A stretch of DNA of 32,000 nucleotides from Geobacter sulfurreducens PCA (lineage in GTDB: Bacteria > Desulfobacterota > Desulfuromonadia > Geobacterales > Geobacteraceae), in NCBI RefSeq assembly GCF_000007985.2, contig NC_002939.5, forward strand, positions 990,001 to 1,022,000, given 5' to 3'. This document shows positions 16,895 through 24,274 of this stretch, piece after piece; positions within the stretch are counted from its first letter, which is position 1, and each line of letters begins with the position of its first letter. The notes below the pieces were generated by a model. It worked only from the letters and a program-made list of their open reading frames with translations, had not been told where the DNA came from and did not search any database. The position numbers were made by a program, and so were the translations under genes.

Positions 16895-16911
16895 TGCCCG
16901 ATATTTGGGCA
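16895..16911 (+). promoter_or_regulatory. 17-bp upstream element TGCCCGATATTTGGGCA (NtrC-type enhancer-binding-protein site candidate)
   Basis: Imperfect palindrome with TGC-N11-GCA spacing, centred about 73 bp upstream of the nifV -24 GG. Related copies at 18260 and 21299. Confidence 0.45.
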
Positions 16912-16974
16912 GACCGGAGGGGGCCGTTTCCCCCGGTGCCGCGCCGGACAGCGGTTTTCCCGATTGCTAGAGCC

Positions 16975-16990
16975 TGGCACGGCTCGTGCT
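16975..16990 (+). promoter_or_regulatory. Sigma54 promoter upstream of nifV (TGGCAC-N5-GTGCT)
   Basis: TGGCACGGCTCGTGCT with correct GG/GC spacing. Confidence 0.7.
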
Positions 16991-17036
16991 AATCTAAACG
17001 TACATAACCGACAGATTCAGTCTTGCAGGGCATCGG

Positions 17037-17070
17037 GGCCCCGGAACAGCATTCCGGGGCCTTTTCGTTT
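17037..17070 (+). terminator. Intrinsic terminator inside the nifV 5' leader (attenuator)
   Basis: GGCCCCGGAA (17037-17046) pairs with TTCCGGGGCC (17052-17061) around loop CAGCA, followed by TTTTCGTTT. It lies between the sigma54 promoter and ATG 17090. Confidence 0.75.
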
Positions 17071-17089
17071 GCCGGAAAGGAGCCGGGCC

Positions 17090-18241
17090 ATGGAACATAC
17101 CCTTAAGCACGAAGTCATCATCGACGACACCACTCTGCGTGACGGCGAACAGACCGCCGGGGTCGTCTTCAGCAAGAAAGAGAAGATAGCCATTGCCCGC
17201 ATGCTTGACTCCATCGGGGTCCGGGAGTTGGAGTGCGGCATTCCGGCCATGGGAGAGGACGAACGCGCCGCGGTCCGGGCGCTGGTGGACCTGGGGCTCT
17301 CTGCCCGGCTCATTACCTGGAACCGGGCGCTGGTGGCCGACATCCAGGCGTCCATCGACTGCGGCATTACCGCGGTGGACATCTCCCTGTCGGTTTCCGA
17401 CCAGATGATCGCCCACAAGTTGCGCAAGGACCGCCGTTGGGTAAAGGAGCAGCTCAGGCACTCCCTCGGCTTTGCGAAGGAGAAGGGGCTTTACGTTTCA
17501 GTGGGAGGGGAGGATTCGAGCCGGGCCGACCTCCTCTTCCTGGTGGAGCTCATGGAGGTCGCCCGCGATATGGGAGCCGACCGGTTCCGCTTTTGCGACA
17601 CCCTCGGCATTCTCGACCCCTTCACCATGTACGAAAAGGTGCGCACGCTACGAACGGCCGTGCCGGAACTCGATATCGAAGTGCACACCCACAACGACCT
17701 GGGGATGGCCACCGCCAATGCAATCGCCGGAATCAAGGCCGGTGCCCGTTTTGTGAACACCACCGTAAACGGCCTTGGCGAACGGGCCGGCAACGCGGCT
17801 CTGGAAGAGGTGGTCATGGCGCTCAAGCTCGCCTGCGGGTGTGATCCGGGCATCGACACCCAACGCTTCCATGAGATCTCGCGCTTCGTGGGGCGTGCCT
17901 CCCAGCGGCCGGTCCCTCCCTGGAAAGCGGTGGTGGGCGAGCGGGTCTTTTCTCACGAATCGGGGCTCCACGCGGACGGCGTCATCAAGAACCCCCTCAA
18001 TTACGAGGGATTCGATCCGGCGGAGGTGGGGCTTCGGCGCCACATCGTGGTGGGCAAGCATTCGGGGACGAGCGGTCTCGTGGAGCGGTTCCGGAGCATG
18101 GGGGTGGAACTGGCGCGCGAAGAGGCCGCGGAGCTGATGGATGAGGTGCGCGCCGTGGCCCAGCGGCTCAAGCGCCCCCTCTCCGACGGCGATCTCCGCC
18201 GGCTCTACGCGGCGGGAAAGCATGACCGCCTGGCAGCATGA
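17090..18241 (+). CDS. nifV: Homocitrate synthase (NifV-type, HMGL-like family without LeuA regulatory domain)
   Basis: 383 aa with motifs TLRDGEQ and HTHNDLGMATANAIAG. No C-terminal LeuA dimerisation domain. Sigma54 promoter and nitrogen-gene neighbours. The ORF-track start at 16682 is an artefactual extension. Confidence 0.75.
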   Translation: MEHTLKHEVIIDDTTLRDGEQTAGVVFSKKEKIAIARMLDSIGVRELECGIPAMGEDERAAVRALVDLGLSARLITWNRALVADIQASIDCGITAVDISLSVSDQMIAHKLRKDRRWVKEQLRHSLGFAKEKGLYVSVGGEDSSRADLLFLVELMEVARDMGADRFRFCDTLGILDPFTMYEKVRTLRTAVPELDIEVHTHNDLGMATANAIAGIKAGARFVNTTVNGLGERAGNAALEEVVMALKLACGCDPGIDTQRFHEISRFVGRASQRPVPPWKAVVGERVFSHESGLHADGVIKNPLNYEGFDPAEVGLRRHIVVGKHSGTSGLVERFRSMGVELAREEAAELMDEVRAVAQRLKRPLSDGDLRRLYAAGKHDRLAA

Positions 18242-18259
18242 TGCGCTGATGTTCATGGT

Positions 18260-18276
18260 TGCATAAATAATGGGCA
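18260..18276 (+). promoter_or_regulatory. 17-bp upstream element TGCATAAATAATGGGCA
   Basis: Same TGC-N9-TGGGCA pattern as 16895 and 21299. Centred about 116 bp upstream of the -24 GG at 18384. Confidence 0.45.
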
Positions 18277-18280
18277 AACG

Positions 18281-18312
18281 AGGGGGCGGGCGATCGGCGT
18301 GCCCCTTCTTTT
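18281..18312 (+). terminator. Terminator after nifV
   Basis: GGGGC (18283-18287) pairs with GCCCC (18301-18305) around a GC-rich interior, followed by TTCTTTTCT. Confidence 0.55.
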
Positions 18313-18382
18313 CTGGTCGGCAAAATTATCGAAGTAACAATAACATGCCGAAATTACTGTGACGATCCGGTGTGCGCAAGAG

Positions 18383-18398
18383 TGGCACGGCCTATGCT
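18383..18398 (+). promoter_or_regulatory. Sigma54 promoter for the OMP-glnK-amtB operon (TGGCAC-N5-ATGCT)
   Basis: TGGCACGGCCTATGCT with correct spacing. Confidence 0.7.
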
Positions 18399-18417
18399 AA
18401 ACAAATGACAAACAATC

Positions 18418-18472
18418 GGCACAACGCTGTGCCATCCATGCAACGAAATCGGGTAACCAGGCAAAGGCGCCT
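18418..18472 (+). promoter_or_regulatory. Two hexaloop hairpins of ANTAR-target type (antiterminator candidate)
   Basis: Hairpin 1 is GGCAC-AACGCT-GUGCC (18418-18433). Hairpin 2 is AGGC-AAAGGC-GCCU (18459-18472). Both loops are 6 nt with A at position 1 and G at position 4. Hairpin 2 uses nucleotides of the 5' arm of the terminator. Confidence 0.5.
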
Positions 18473-18504
18473 TCCACCACGGGTGGAGGCGCCTTTCTTT
18501 TTTT
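18463..18504 (+). terminator. Intrinsic terminator inside the OMP-glnK-amtB 5' leader
   Basis: GGCGCC(U)UCCACC (18466-18478) pairs with GGUGGAGGCGCC (18482-18493), followed by TTTCTTTTTTT. It lies 85 nt upstream of ATG 18589. Confidence 0.8.
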
Positions 18505-18588
18505 ACATTGTGCGGAAAGGAGGAGAAGCTGAACGTCGTTGGGAGGACATTCGTGAATGCAATTATTACTGACAAAGGAGAAGCATCA

Positions 18589-19341
18589 ATGAAAATGACG
18601 ATGAAGATTCTTTCCCTGACCACAGCACTCGTTACCATGATCACCGGCGTTGCCCTGGCGACCCCCTCCACCCAGGTCTGGATTCCGTCCACCGATGTGC
18701 AGGCCTTCGGCACGGCCCACCTCGGCATCGACAATTACCTGAGGGTCTCCAAGAATCCCGACGGCAGCCGCCAGCCCAACACCTACGACCTGGGCCTGAC
18801 CTTCGGCCTTCTCCCCTTCGAGAAGCTCCAGATGGAAGCGGGCGTAGACTACATGGTGAATGCAACCTCCCCCGGCGACAGCCATCCCTTCTACCTCAAC
18901 GTGAAGCTGGCAACCCCCGAGGGGTCGCTCTTCGGGTACTCGCCCGCCATTGCCGTAGGTGCCTACAACATCGGCTTCAAGGAAGACGTCTCTGACCAGA
19001 ACATCGTGTACGGGCTCGTCGCCAAGACCCTGCCGGTTGTGGGGAGACTGTCGGCGGGCTACTTCGTCGGGAACAGTGCGGTGCTGAACGACGCGAACGG
19101 CGAGAACGACAACCATGGCGTGCTCCTTTCCTGGGACCGTACCATGAGCGAAATCTCCGACAAGCTGTGGGTGGCGGTCGACTACCAGGGGAGCGACAGC
19201 TTCATGGGAGCCCTGAACTTCGGTGTTTCCTGGGCCTTCTCCAAGAACGTATCGCTCCTCGTGGGCTACGACATCTACAACAGCTCGGTAACGGGCGGGA
19301 AGAATACCTTCACCACCCAGCTCGACATCAATTTCCCTTAA
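18589..19341 (+). CDS. Putative outer-membrane beta-barrel protein, first gene of the glnK-amtB operon
   Basis: AAAGGAG RBS and signal peptide MKMTMKILSLTTALVTMITGVALA. Alternating hydrophobic/polar strands rich in Y/G/N/S/D, with an aromatic near the C-terminus (LDINFP). 250 aa. Function unknown. Confidence 0.55.
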   Translation: MKMTMKILSLTTALVTMITGVALATPSTQVWIPSTDVQAFGTAHLGIDNYLRVSKNPDGSRQPNTYDLGLTFGLLPFEKLQMEAGVDYMVNATSPGDSHPFYLNVKLATPEGSLFGYSPAIAVGAYNIGFKEDVSDQNIVYGLVAKTLPVVGRLSAGYFVGNSAVLNDANGENDNHGVLLSWDRTMSEISDKLWVAVDYQGSDSFMGALNFGVSWAFSKNVSLLVGYDIYNSSVTGGKNTFTTQLDINFP

Positions 19342-19731
<390 letters not shown>

Positions 19732-19768
19732 TCGCTCGAGATATTACAGAAACCAACGGAGGTTCATC

Positions 19769-21238
19769 ATGAAGTGGAAACGTTCGATCATCACACTTGC
19801 CCTGGCCGCCGCAGCCTTCATGGCTCCGGCCGCAGTCCTCGCCGAAGAGGCCAAGGCCCCCGCCGTGGCGGCAACCCAGGCAGCCGTCACCTCCGCCCAG
19901 GCTGCTCCGGCGGCCGTTGCCCCGGCTGAGGCCGCACCGGCGGCTGCCGAAGCCCCCAAGGTGGCCGAACCGGTCCTCAATACCGGCAATACCGCCTGGA
20001 TGCTCGTCTGCGCGGCCCTGGTCCTTCTGATGCTTCCCGGCCTTGCCCTCTTTTACGGCGGCATGGTCCGGAGCAAAAACGTCCTCTCAACCCTGATGCA
20101 TTCCTTTGTTGCCATGGGGATCGTGGGGGTCCAGTGGGCCGTCATCGGTTACTCGCTGGCCTTCGGTCCCGACATGGGCGGCATGGGGCTTGTGGGAGAC
20201 TTCAGCCGGGCGCTGCTCAACGGAATGATCAGCTTCAAGGACGGCGCGCCGGTCTACACCCTCTGGCAGAACGTGACCAGTGAACCCAACGCCATCCCCG
20301 AGTACGTCTTTGCCATGTTCCAGGGAATGTTCGCCATGATCACCGTAGCCCTCATCTCCGGCGCCATGGCCGAGCGGGTTAAGTTCTCCGCCTACTGCGT
20401 CTTTGTGCTCCTTTGGACCACCCTGGTCTACGATCCCCTGGCCCACTGGGTCTGGATGGTGGACGGCTGGCTCTTCAAGAAGGGTGCCCTGGACTTTGCC
20501 GGCGGCACCGTTGTTCACCTCTCCTCCGGTATTTCCGCCCTGGCGTTCCTCGTCTTCCTCGGCAAACGTCACGGGTTCCCCCATGAGCGTATGGCTCCCC
20601 ATAACCTCTCCATGACCATGCTCGGCGTGGGGCTCCTCTGGTTCGGCTGGTTCGGGTTCAACGCGGGTTCGGCGGTAGTCGGCGTGAACAACGTTGATGC
20701 GGCCGGCGGGCTTGCGGGCCTCGCCTTCGCCACCACCACCATCGCCCCGGCAGCCGGCGGCCTGGCCTGGATGATCGCCGAATGGATCCACGCGGGCAGG
20801 CCCTCGGCACTCGGCTTCGGTTCAGGCGTGGTCGCAGGACTGGTCGGCATTACGCCCGCGGCCGGCTTTGTCCAGCCGGGCGCTGCCATCATCATCGGCC
20901 TCGGCGCCGGCGTGATCTGCTACCTGGGTGTGCTCATGAAGGCGAAGCTCAAGTATGACGACTCCCTGGATGCCTTCGGCGTGCACGGCGTGGGCGGCAC
21001 CTTTGGCGCCCTCGTCACCGGCGTCTTCGCCACGGTGGGGGCCACGGGGCTCCTCTCCGGCAACGTGTCCCAGTTCATCACCCAGGTGATCGGGGTGGTG
21101 TCGGCCGGTGCCTATGCCTTCATCGTGACCCTGGTCATCGCCTTCATCCTCGACAAGACCATCGGTCTCCGGGTGGAGAAGGAAGACGAGATCATGGGCC
21201 TCGACCAGACCCAGCACTCCGAGTCGGCGTACAACTAG
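19769..21238 (+). CDS. amtB: Ammonium transporter AmtB with signal peptide and Ala/Pro-rich N-terminal linker
   Basis: GGAGG RBS. Amt family motifs FAGGTVVHLSSG and DDSLDAFGVHGVGG, with 11-12 TM segments. Start ATG 19769; the ORF-track start at 19706 overlaps glnK. Confidence 0.95.
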   Translation: MKWKRSIITLALAAAAFMAPAAVLAEEAKAPAVAATQAAVTSAQAAPAAVAPAEAAPAAAEAPKVAEPVLNTGNTAWMLVCAALVLLMLPGLALFYGGMVRSKNVLSTLMHSFVAMGIVGVQWAVIGYSLAFGPDMGGMGLVGDFSRALLNGMISFKDGAPVYTLWQNVTSEPNAIPEYVFAMFQGMFAMITVALISGAMAERVKFSAYCVFVLLWTTLVYDPLAHWVWMVDGWLFKKGALDFAGGTVVHLSSGISALAFLVFLGKRHGFPHERMAPHNLSMTMLGVGLLWFGWFGFNAGSAVVGVNNVDAAGGLAGLAFATTTIAPAAGGLAWMIAEWIHAGRPSALGFGSGVVAGLVGITPAAGFVQPGAAIIIGLGAGVICYLGVLMKAKLKYDDSLDAFGVHGVGGTFGALVTGVFATVGATGLLSGNVSQFITQVIGVVSAGAYAFIVTLVIAFILDKTIGLRVEKEDEIMGLDQTQHSESAYN

Positions 21239-21264
21239 AAACATTTTATCTCACGTTTCTGATG

Positions 21265-21297
21265 AGCCGCCCCTTCCAGGGGGCGGCTTTTCTTTTT
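21265..21297 (+). terminator. Rho-independent terminator after amtB
   Basis: GCCGCCCC (21266-21273) pairs with GGGGCGGC (21280-21287), followed by TTTTCTTTTT. Confidence 0.9.
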
Positions 21298-21298
21298 G

Positions 21299-21315
21299 TG
21301 CTGAAATATTGGGCA
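21299..21315 (+). promoter_or_regulatory. 17-bp upstream element TGCTGAAATATTGGGCA
   Basis: Third copy of the TGC-N9-TGGGCA element, centred about 94 bp upstream of the -24 GG at 21401. Confidence 0.45.
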
Positions 21316-21399
21316 GACTGGTGATTGAAAAAGCGGCATTAATCGAGGTGACGGCCGGTCGATGGTGCGTAAAGGCCTGAATATATAACATCTTCGTTC

Positions 21400-21415
21400 T
21401 GGCATGCCTCGTGCC
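21400..21415 (+). promoter_or_regulatory. Sigma54 promoter upstream of the histidine kinase (TGGCAT-N5-GTGCC)
   Basis: TGGCATGCCTCGTGCC with correct GG/GC spacing. Confidence 0.6.
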
Positions 21416-21468
21416 TAACGGATGGTGGGGCTCTCCGCTTCGGCCCCCAACCGGATCCCGGGTGACCC

Positions 21469-22215
21469 ATGGCAAATGCGCTTGCGAAGTACATAGCAGA
21501 AAAGGACCCTGTCGAGGGCGAGCTGCTGGAGCTTCTTGCATTCAACGAGAAGATGGCCGAGCTCGGCCGGATGGCGGCCGGTGTGGTGCATGAGCTGAAC
21601 ACGCCTCTGTCGGTCATCGTTTCGGCCACCCAGATGATCCTCCGCGAAGAGGGCCTGCCCGATTTCGTACGCGAGATGGTGGAGCGGGTCAACCAGGAAG
21701 CCCACCGGCTGTCTGACATGACCAAGGGGGTCCTTTCCTTTACCCGCCGGGACGTAAGCGACCACCAGGAAGCGGACGTGAACCAGGTGCTCCGGGAGGC
21801 CATGACCCTGTTGCGTTACGAGGCCCATAAACGCTCTATCGCCGTCATCGAAGATCTGGATTACCGGCTCCCCTTCATTGCCGCCGACGCCAACCGGGCG
21901 AAGCAGGTTATCATAAACCTGGTCATGAACGCCCTCCAGGCCATGGGAGAGGGCGGAAAGCTCTTCATTCGCACCAGCCAGAACGGGGAGGGGGGCGTAA
22001 CGGTGCAGGTGACGGATACGGGTCCCGGCATCCCGGCTGAATTGCTGGGGCATATCTTCACCCCCTTTTTCACCACCAAAGAGCCGGGAGAGGGCACCGG
22101 GCTGGGCCTGTTCATTACCCGCAAGCTCATGGAGTCGGTGGGCGGGGCCATCGCGGTGGAAAGCACGGTGGGGGAGGGGACATCCTTTACGCTCACCTTT
22201 GTCGCAGCCGAGTGA
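21469..22215 (+). CDS. Soluble histidine kinase without a recognisable sensor domain (HisKA + HATPase_c only)
   Basis: 248 aa with no TM segment. H-box AAGVVHELNTPL, N-box NLVMNALQA, G1 DTGPGI, G2 GEGTGLGL. It resembles what I recall as GnfK of Geobacter sulfurreducens (unverified). Confidence 0.85.
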   Translation: MANALAKYIAEKDPVEGELLELLAFNEKMAELGRMAAGVVHELNTPLSVIVSATQMILREEGLPDFVREMVERVNQEAHRLSDMTKGVLSFTRRDVSDHQEADVNQVLREAMTLLRYEAHKRSIAVIEDLDYRLPFIAADANRAKQVIINLVMNALQAMGEGGKLFIRTSQNGEGGVTVQVTDTGPGIPAELLGHIFTPFFTTKEPGEGTGLGLFITRKLMESVGGAIAVESTVGEGTSFTLTFVAAE

Positions 22216-22239
22216 ATTTTTAGGCACTTCCCGATTCAC

Positions 22240-22272
22240 AGCCGCCCAACTACGGTTCGGGCGGCTTTTTTT
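22240..22272 (+). terminator. Rho-independent terminator after the histidine kinase
   Basis: GCCGCCC (22241-22247) pairs with GGGCGGC (22259-22265), followed by TTTTTTT. Confidence 0.9.
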
Positions 22273-22331
22273 GTCGCGTGAAACGCGGCTGTTTGCTATA
22301 ACCCCTCAAGCACCATTTCCGGGAGAATGCC

Positions 22332-23117
22332 ATGACCGCCACGTATCTCGCCGTTGCCGCCGAGGCTGCCCGCCGGGCCGGACAACTCCAGCGCGAGCGT
22401 CTCTGGACCGACCACGACATCCGCTACAAGGGGGAGATCGATCTGGTCACCGAGGTTGATCAGGCCAGCGAGGAGCTGATCGTCGCCGCCATCCGCGCCG
22501 CGTTCCCCGACCATGACATCCTGGCCGAGGAACAGACCAGGGAGACGGGCACCTCCCGGTATCGCTGGATCGTGGACCCCCTGGACGGCACCACCAACTA
22601 TGCCCACGGCTTTCCGTGGTTCTGCGTCTCCATTGCCCTTGAAATCGACGGAGAGGTGACCGTCGGCGTGGTCTACCAACCGGTTATGGACGAGCTTTTC
22701 TCCGCCGTGAAGGGGGAGGGTGCCTTCGTGAACGGCAGTCCGATCCACGTCTCGTCGCGGGCTCCCCTGAAGCAGTGCCTGCTGGCTACGGGCTTCCCCT
22801 ATGACCGGACCCGTGACAATGAAAACAACTTCGACAACTTCTACCGCTTCCAGTTTGCCGCCCGCGCCGTGCGCCGAGCCGGCGCCGCGGCCCTCGACCT
22901 GGCCTGTGTTGCCGCCGGCAGGCTTGACGGCTACTGGGAGCTCAAGCTCAAGCCGTGGGACGTGGCCGCCGGCTTTCTGCTGGTGACCGAAGCGGGGGGG
23001 CGGGTCACCACTCACGACGGCGCATCCTTCTCCGTGTCCGAACATCGCATCCTGGCTTCCAACGGTCTGATCCACGACGAAATGCAGAGGGTGCTGGCGG
23101 CGGGAGACACCCTCTAA
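22332..23117 (+). CDS. suhB: Inositol monophosphatase family protein (SuhB-like)
   Basis: Motifs ILAEE, WIVDPLDGTTNY, WDVAAG. 261 aa. Confidence 0.9.
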   Translation: MTATYLAVAAEAARRAGQLQRERLWTDHDIRYKGEIDLVTEVDQASEELIVAAIRAAFPDHDILAEEQTRETGTSRYRWIVDPLDGTTNYAHGFPWFCVSIALEIDGEVTVGVVYQPVMDELFSAVKGEGAFVNGSPIHVSSRAPLKQCLLATGFPYDRTRDNENNFDNFYRFQFAARAVRRAGAAALDLACVAAGRLDGYWELKLKPWDVAAGFLLVTEAGGRVTTHDGASFSVSEHRILASNGLIHDEMQRVLAAGDTL

Positions 23118-23151
23118 CCTGTCGTTTTCCCATATTGACTGTATTTGCCCA

Positions 23152-23181
23152 TTGACGACTGTGCTGTTCCGGGCGTATATC
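23152..23181 (+). promoter_or_regulatory. Candidate sigma70 promoter (TTGACG-N18-TATATC) for the PilZ gene
   Basis: Sequence match only; lies 24 nt upstream of ATG 23205. Confidence 0.3.
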
Positions 23182-23204
23182 CTCTGCTTCCCGTGGAGAA
23201 TGCA

Positions 23205-23939
23205 ATGGCAGAACGTAATGAAGAGTCGATGAAAACCGAAGAGCCTGTCCGCCTGGTATTCGTAGTAGAGGGCCGGGTGGCCGTGGCGCCGTATCTTGAT
23301 ACGGTGCGGAGCGAAGTGGAGGACGTGACGGTCGTCTCCTCCATCGGGGAACTTTTTCCCCTCATGGCGCGGGAGGCGTTCAACGGTATCCTCCTGGACG
23401 TTCCCACCCTGGTTCGGGCGACCAGCACGGAAAAGGCTGCCCTCTACGATCTGATCCAGGTGTTTCCCACGCTCAGGGTGAAATGGGATTCCCGCTCTGC
23501 CACGGTGCGGGCGCTTTTCTACGATCGCGTCCCCGGTCCCGGCGCCGGGCTCGGGAGCTTCGTCCGCCAGGTCTGCGCCTGTTTCGTCCCCCGCATCATC
23601 CGCCGGAGGGACCGGGTTGCCGCTCACCTGAACGTGATGGTTTCGGAAACCCCGGCGTTCAGCCCGGAAGAGGTGACGCGCACGGTCAGCCTCAATCTCT
23701 CGCTCGACGGGTGCTTTCTCATTGCCGTCGATCCCTGGCCCCAGGGCGCCCGGCTCTGGCTGCGCATGCTGGAATTCGACGACCAGACACCCATCGCGGC
23801 GGAGGTCCGCTGGCGCAAGCCGTGGGGGGTGTCGCCGGGCATAGCCGGCGCCGGGGTCAGATTTCTTGAGCTGACGGATGAGCAGAGGAAGTGTGTTGTT
23901 GATTTGTGTGAGCAGAATAGGGTGGTAGGCGGTATCTGA
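23205..23939 (+). CDS. PilZ-domain c-di-GMP receptor with N-terminal receiver-like (degenerate) domain
   Basis: GGAGA RBS. The C-terminal PilZ motifs RxxxR (RRRDR, residues 133-137) and (D/N)xSxxG (NLSLDG, 164-169) are intact. The N-terminal roughly 100 aa look like a CheY fold (GILLDVPT) but lack the acidic pair (VFVVEGRV). Confidence 0.8.
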   Translation: MAERNEESMKTEEPVRLVFVVEGRVAVAPYLDTVRSEVEDVTVVSSIGELFPLMAREAFNGILLDVPTLVRATSTEKAALYDLIQVFPTLRVKWDSRSATVRALFYDRVPGPGAGLGSFVRQVCACFVPRIIRRRDRVAAHLNVMVSETPAFSPEEVTRTVSLNLSLDGCFLIAVDPWPQGARLWLRMLEFDDQTPIAAEVRWRKPWGVSPGIAGAGVRFLELTDEQRKCVVDLCEQNRVVGGI

Positions 23940-24095
23940 AGCTGGCGTATTATTCTCTGCAGCCGGTTGGTATATATTTTTACAAAAAATAATCAAAATC
24001 TGATTTACTAATGTCTATCAAATTGGTAAGGTATCTTACGGTTTGAAGGCGTTTCGGGCAGCAACGAGCGTAACCCACAACAGAATACGGCTTAA

Positions 24096-24198
24096 CTTAT
24101 CAAGAGCGACCGAGGGACAGGCCCGGTGACGTCGCGGCAACCTCCCCATGGGGGGAAGGTGCCAATTCCTGCGAGACCGACAGGTTTCGGGAGATAAG
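24096..24198 (+). promoter_or_regulatory. SAM-I (S-box) riboswitch aptamer
   Basis: CUUAUCAAGAGCGACCGAGGGACAGGCCCGGUGACGUCGCGGCAACC...AAGGUGCCAAUUCCUGCGAG...GAGAUAAG matches the S-box consensus. P1 is CUUAUC/GAUAAG. The GGUGA kink-turn, GGCAACC and GUGCCAAUUCC elements are present. Confidence 0.9.
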
Positions 24199-24226
24199 GA
24201 AGAGCGTGACACCTCACGGTGAATCG

Positions 24227-24258
24227 AATCCTCTTCCGCACCCCGGAAGGGGATTTTT
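24227..24258 (+). terminator. Expression-platform terminator of the SAM riboswitch
   Basis: The stem includes CUUCCG (24233-24238) paired with CGGAAG (24244-24249) and is extended by flanking pairs, followed by AUUUUU. It ends 17 nt before ATG 24275. Confidence 0.8.
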
Positions 24259-24274
24259 CATTGTGGAGGAAACC

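Noticed and set aside
16682-17089. 136-codon N-terminal extension of the nifV ORF, overlapping the amidotransferase gene.
   Set aside because: The extension spans another gene's 3' end, a sigma54 promoter and an intrinsic terminator. Homocitrate synthase homology starts at MEHTLKHEVIIDDTTLRDGEQ (ATG 17090).
19844-20008. Ala/Pro-rich repetitive stretch at the AmtB N-terminus (AKAPAVAATQAAVTSAQAAPAAVAPAEAAPAAAEAPKVAEP), which looked like a DNA repeat.
   Set aside because: It is a low-complexity linker between the signal peptide and TM1, with no exact nucleotide repeat unit. Probably a benign periplasmic spacer.
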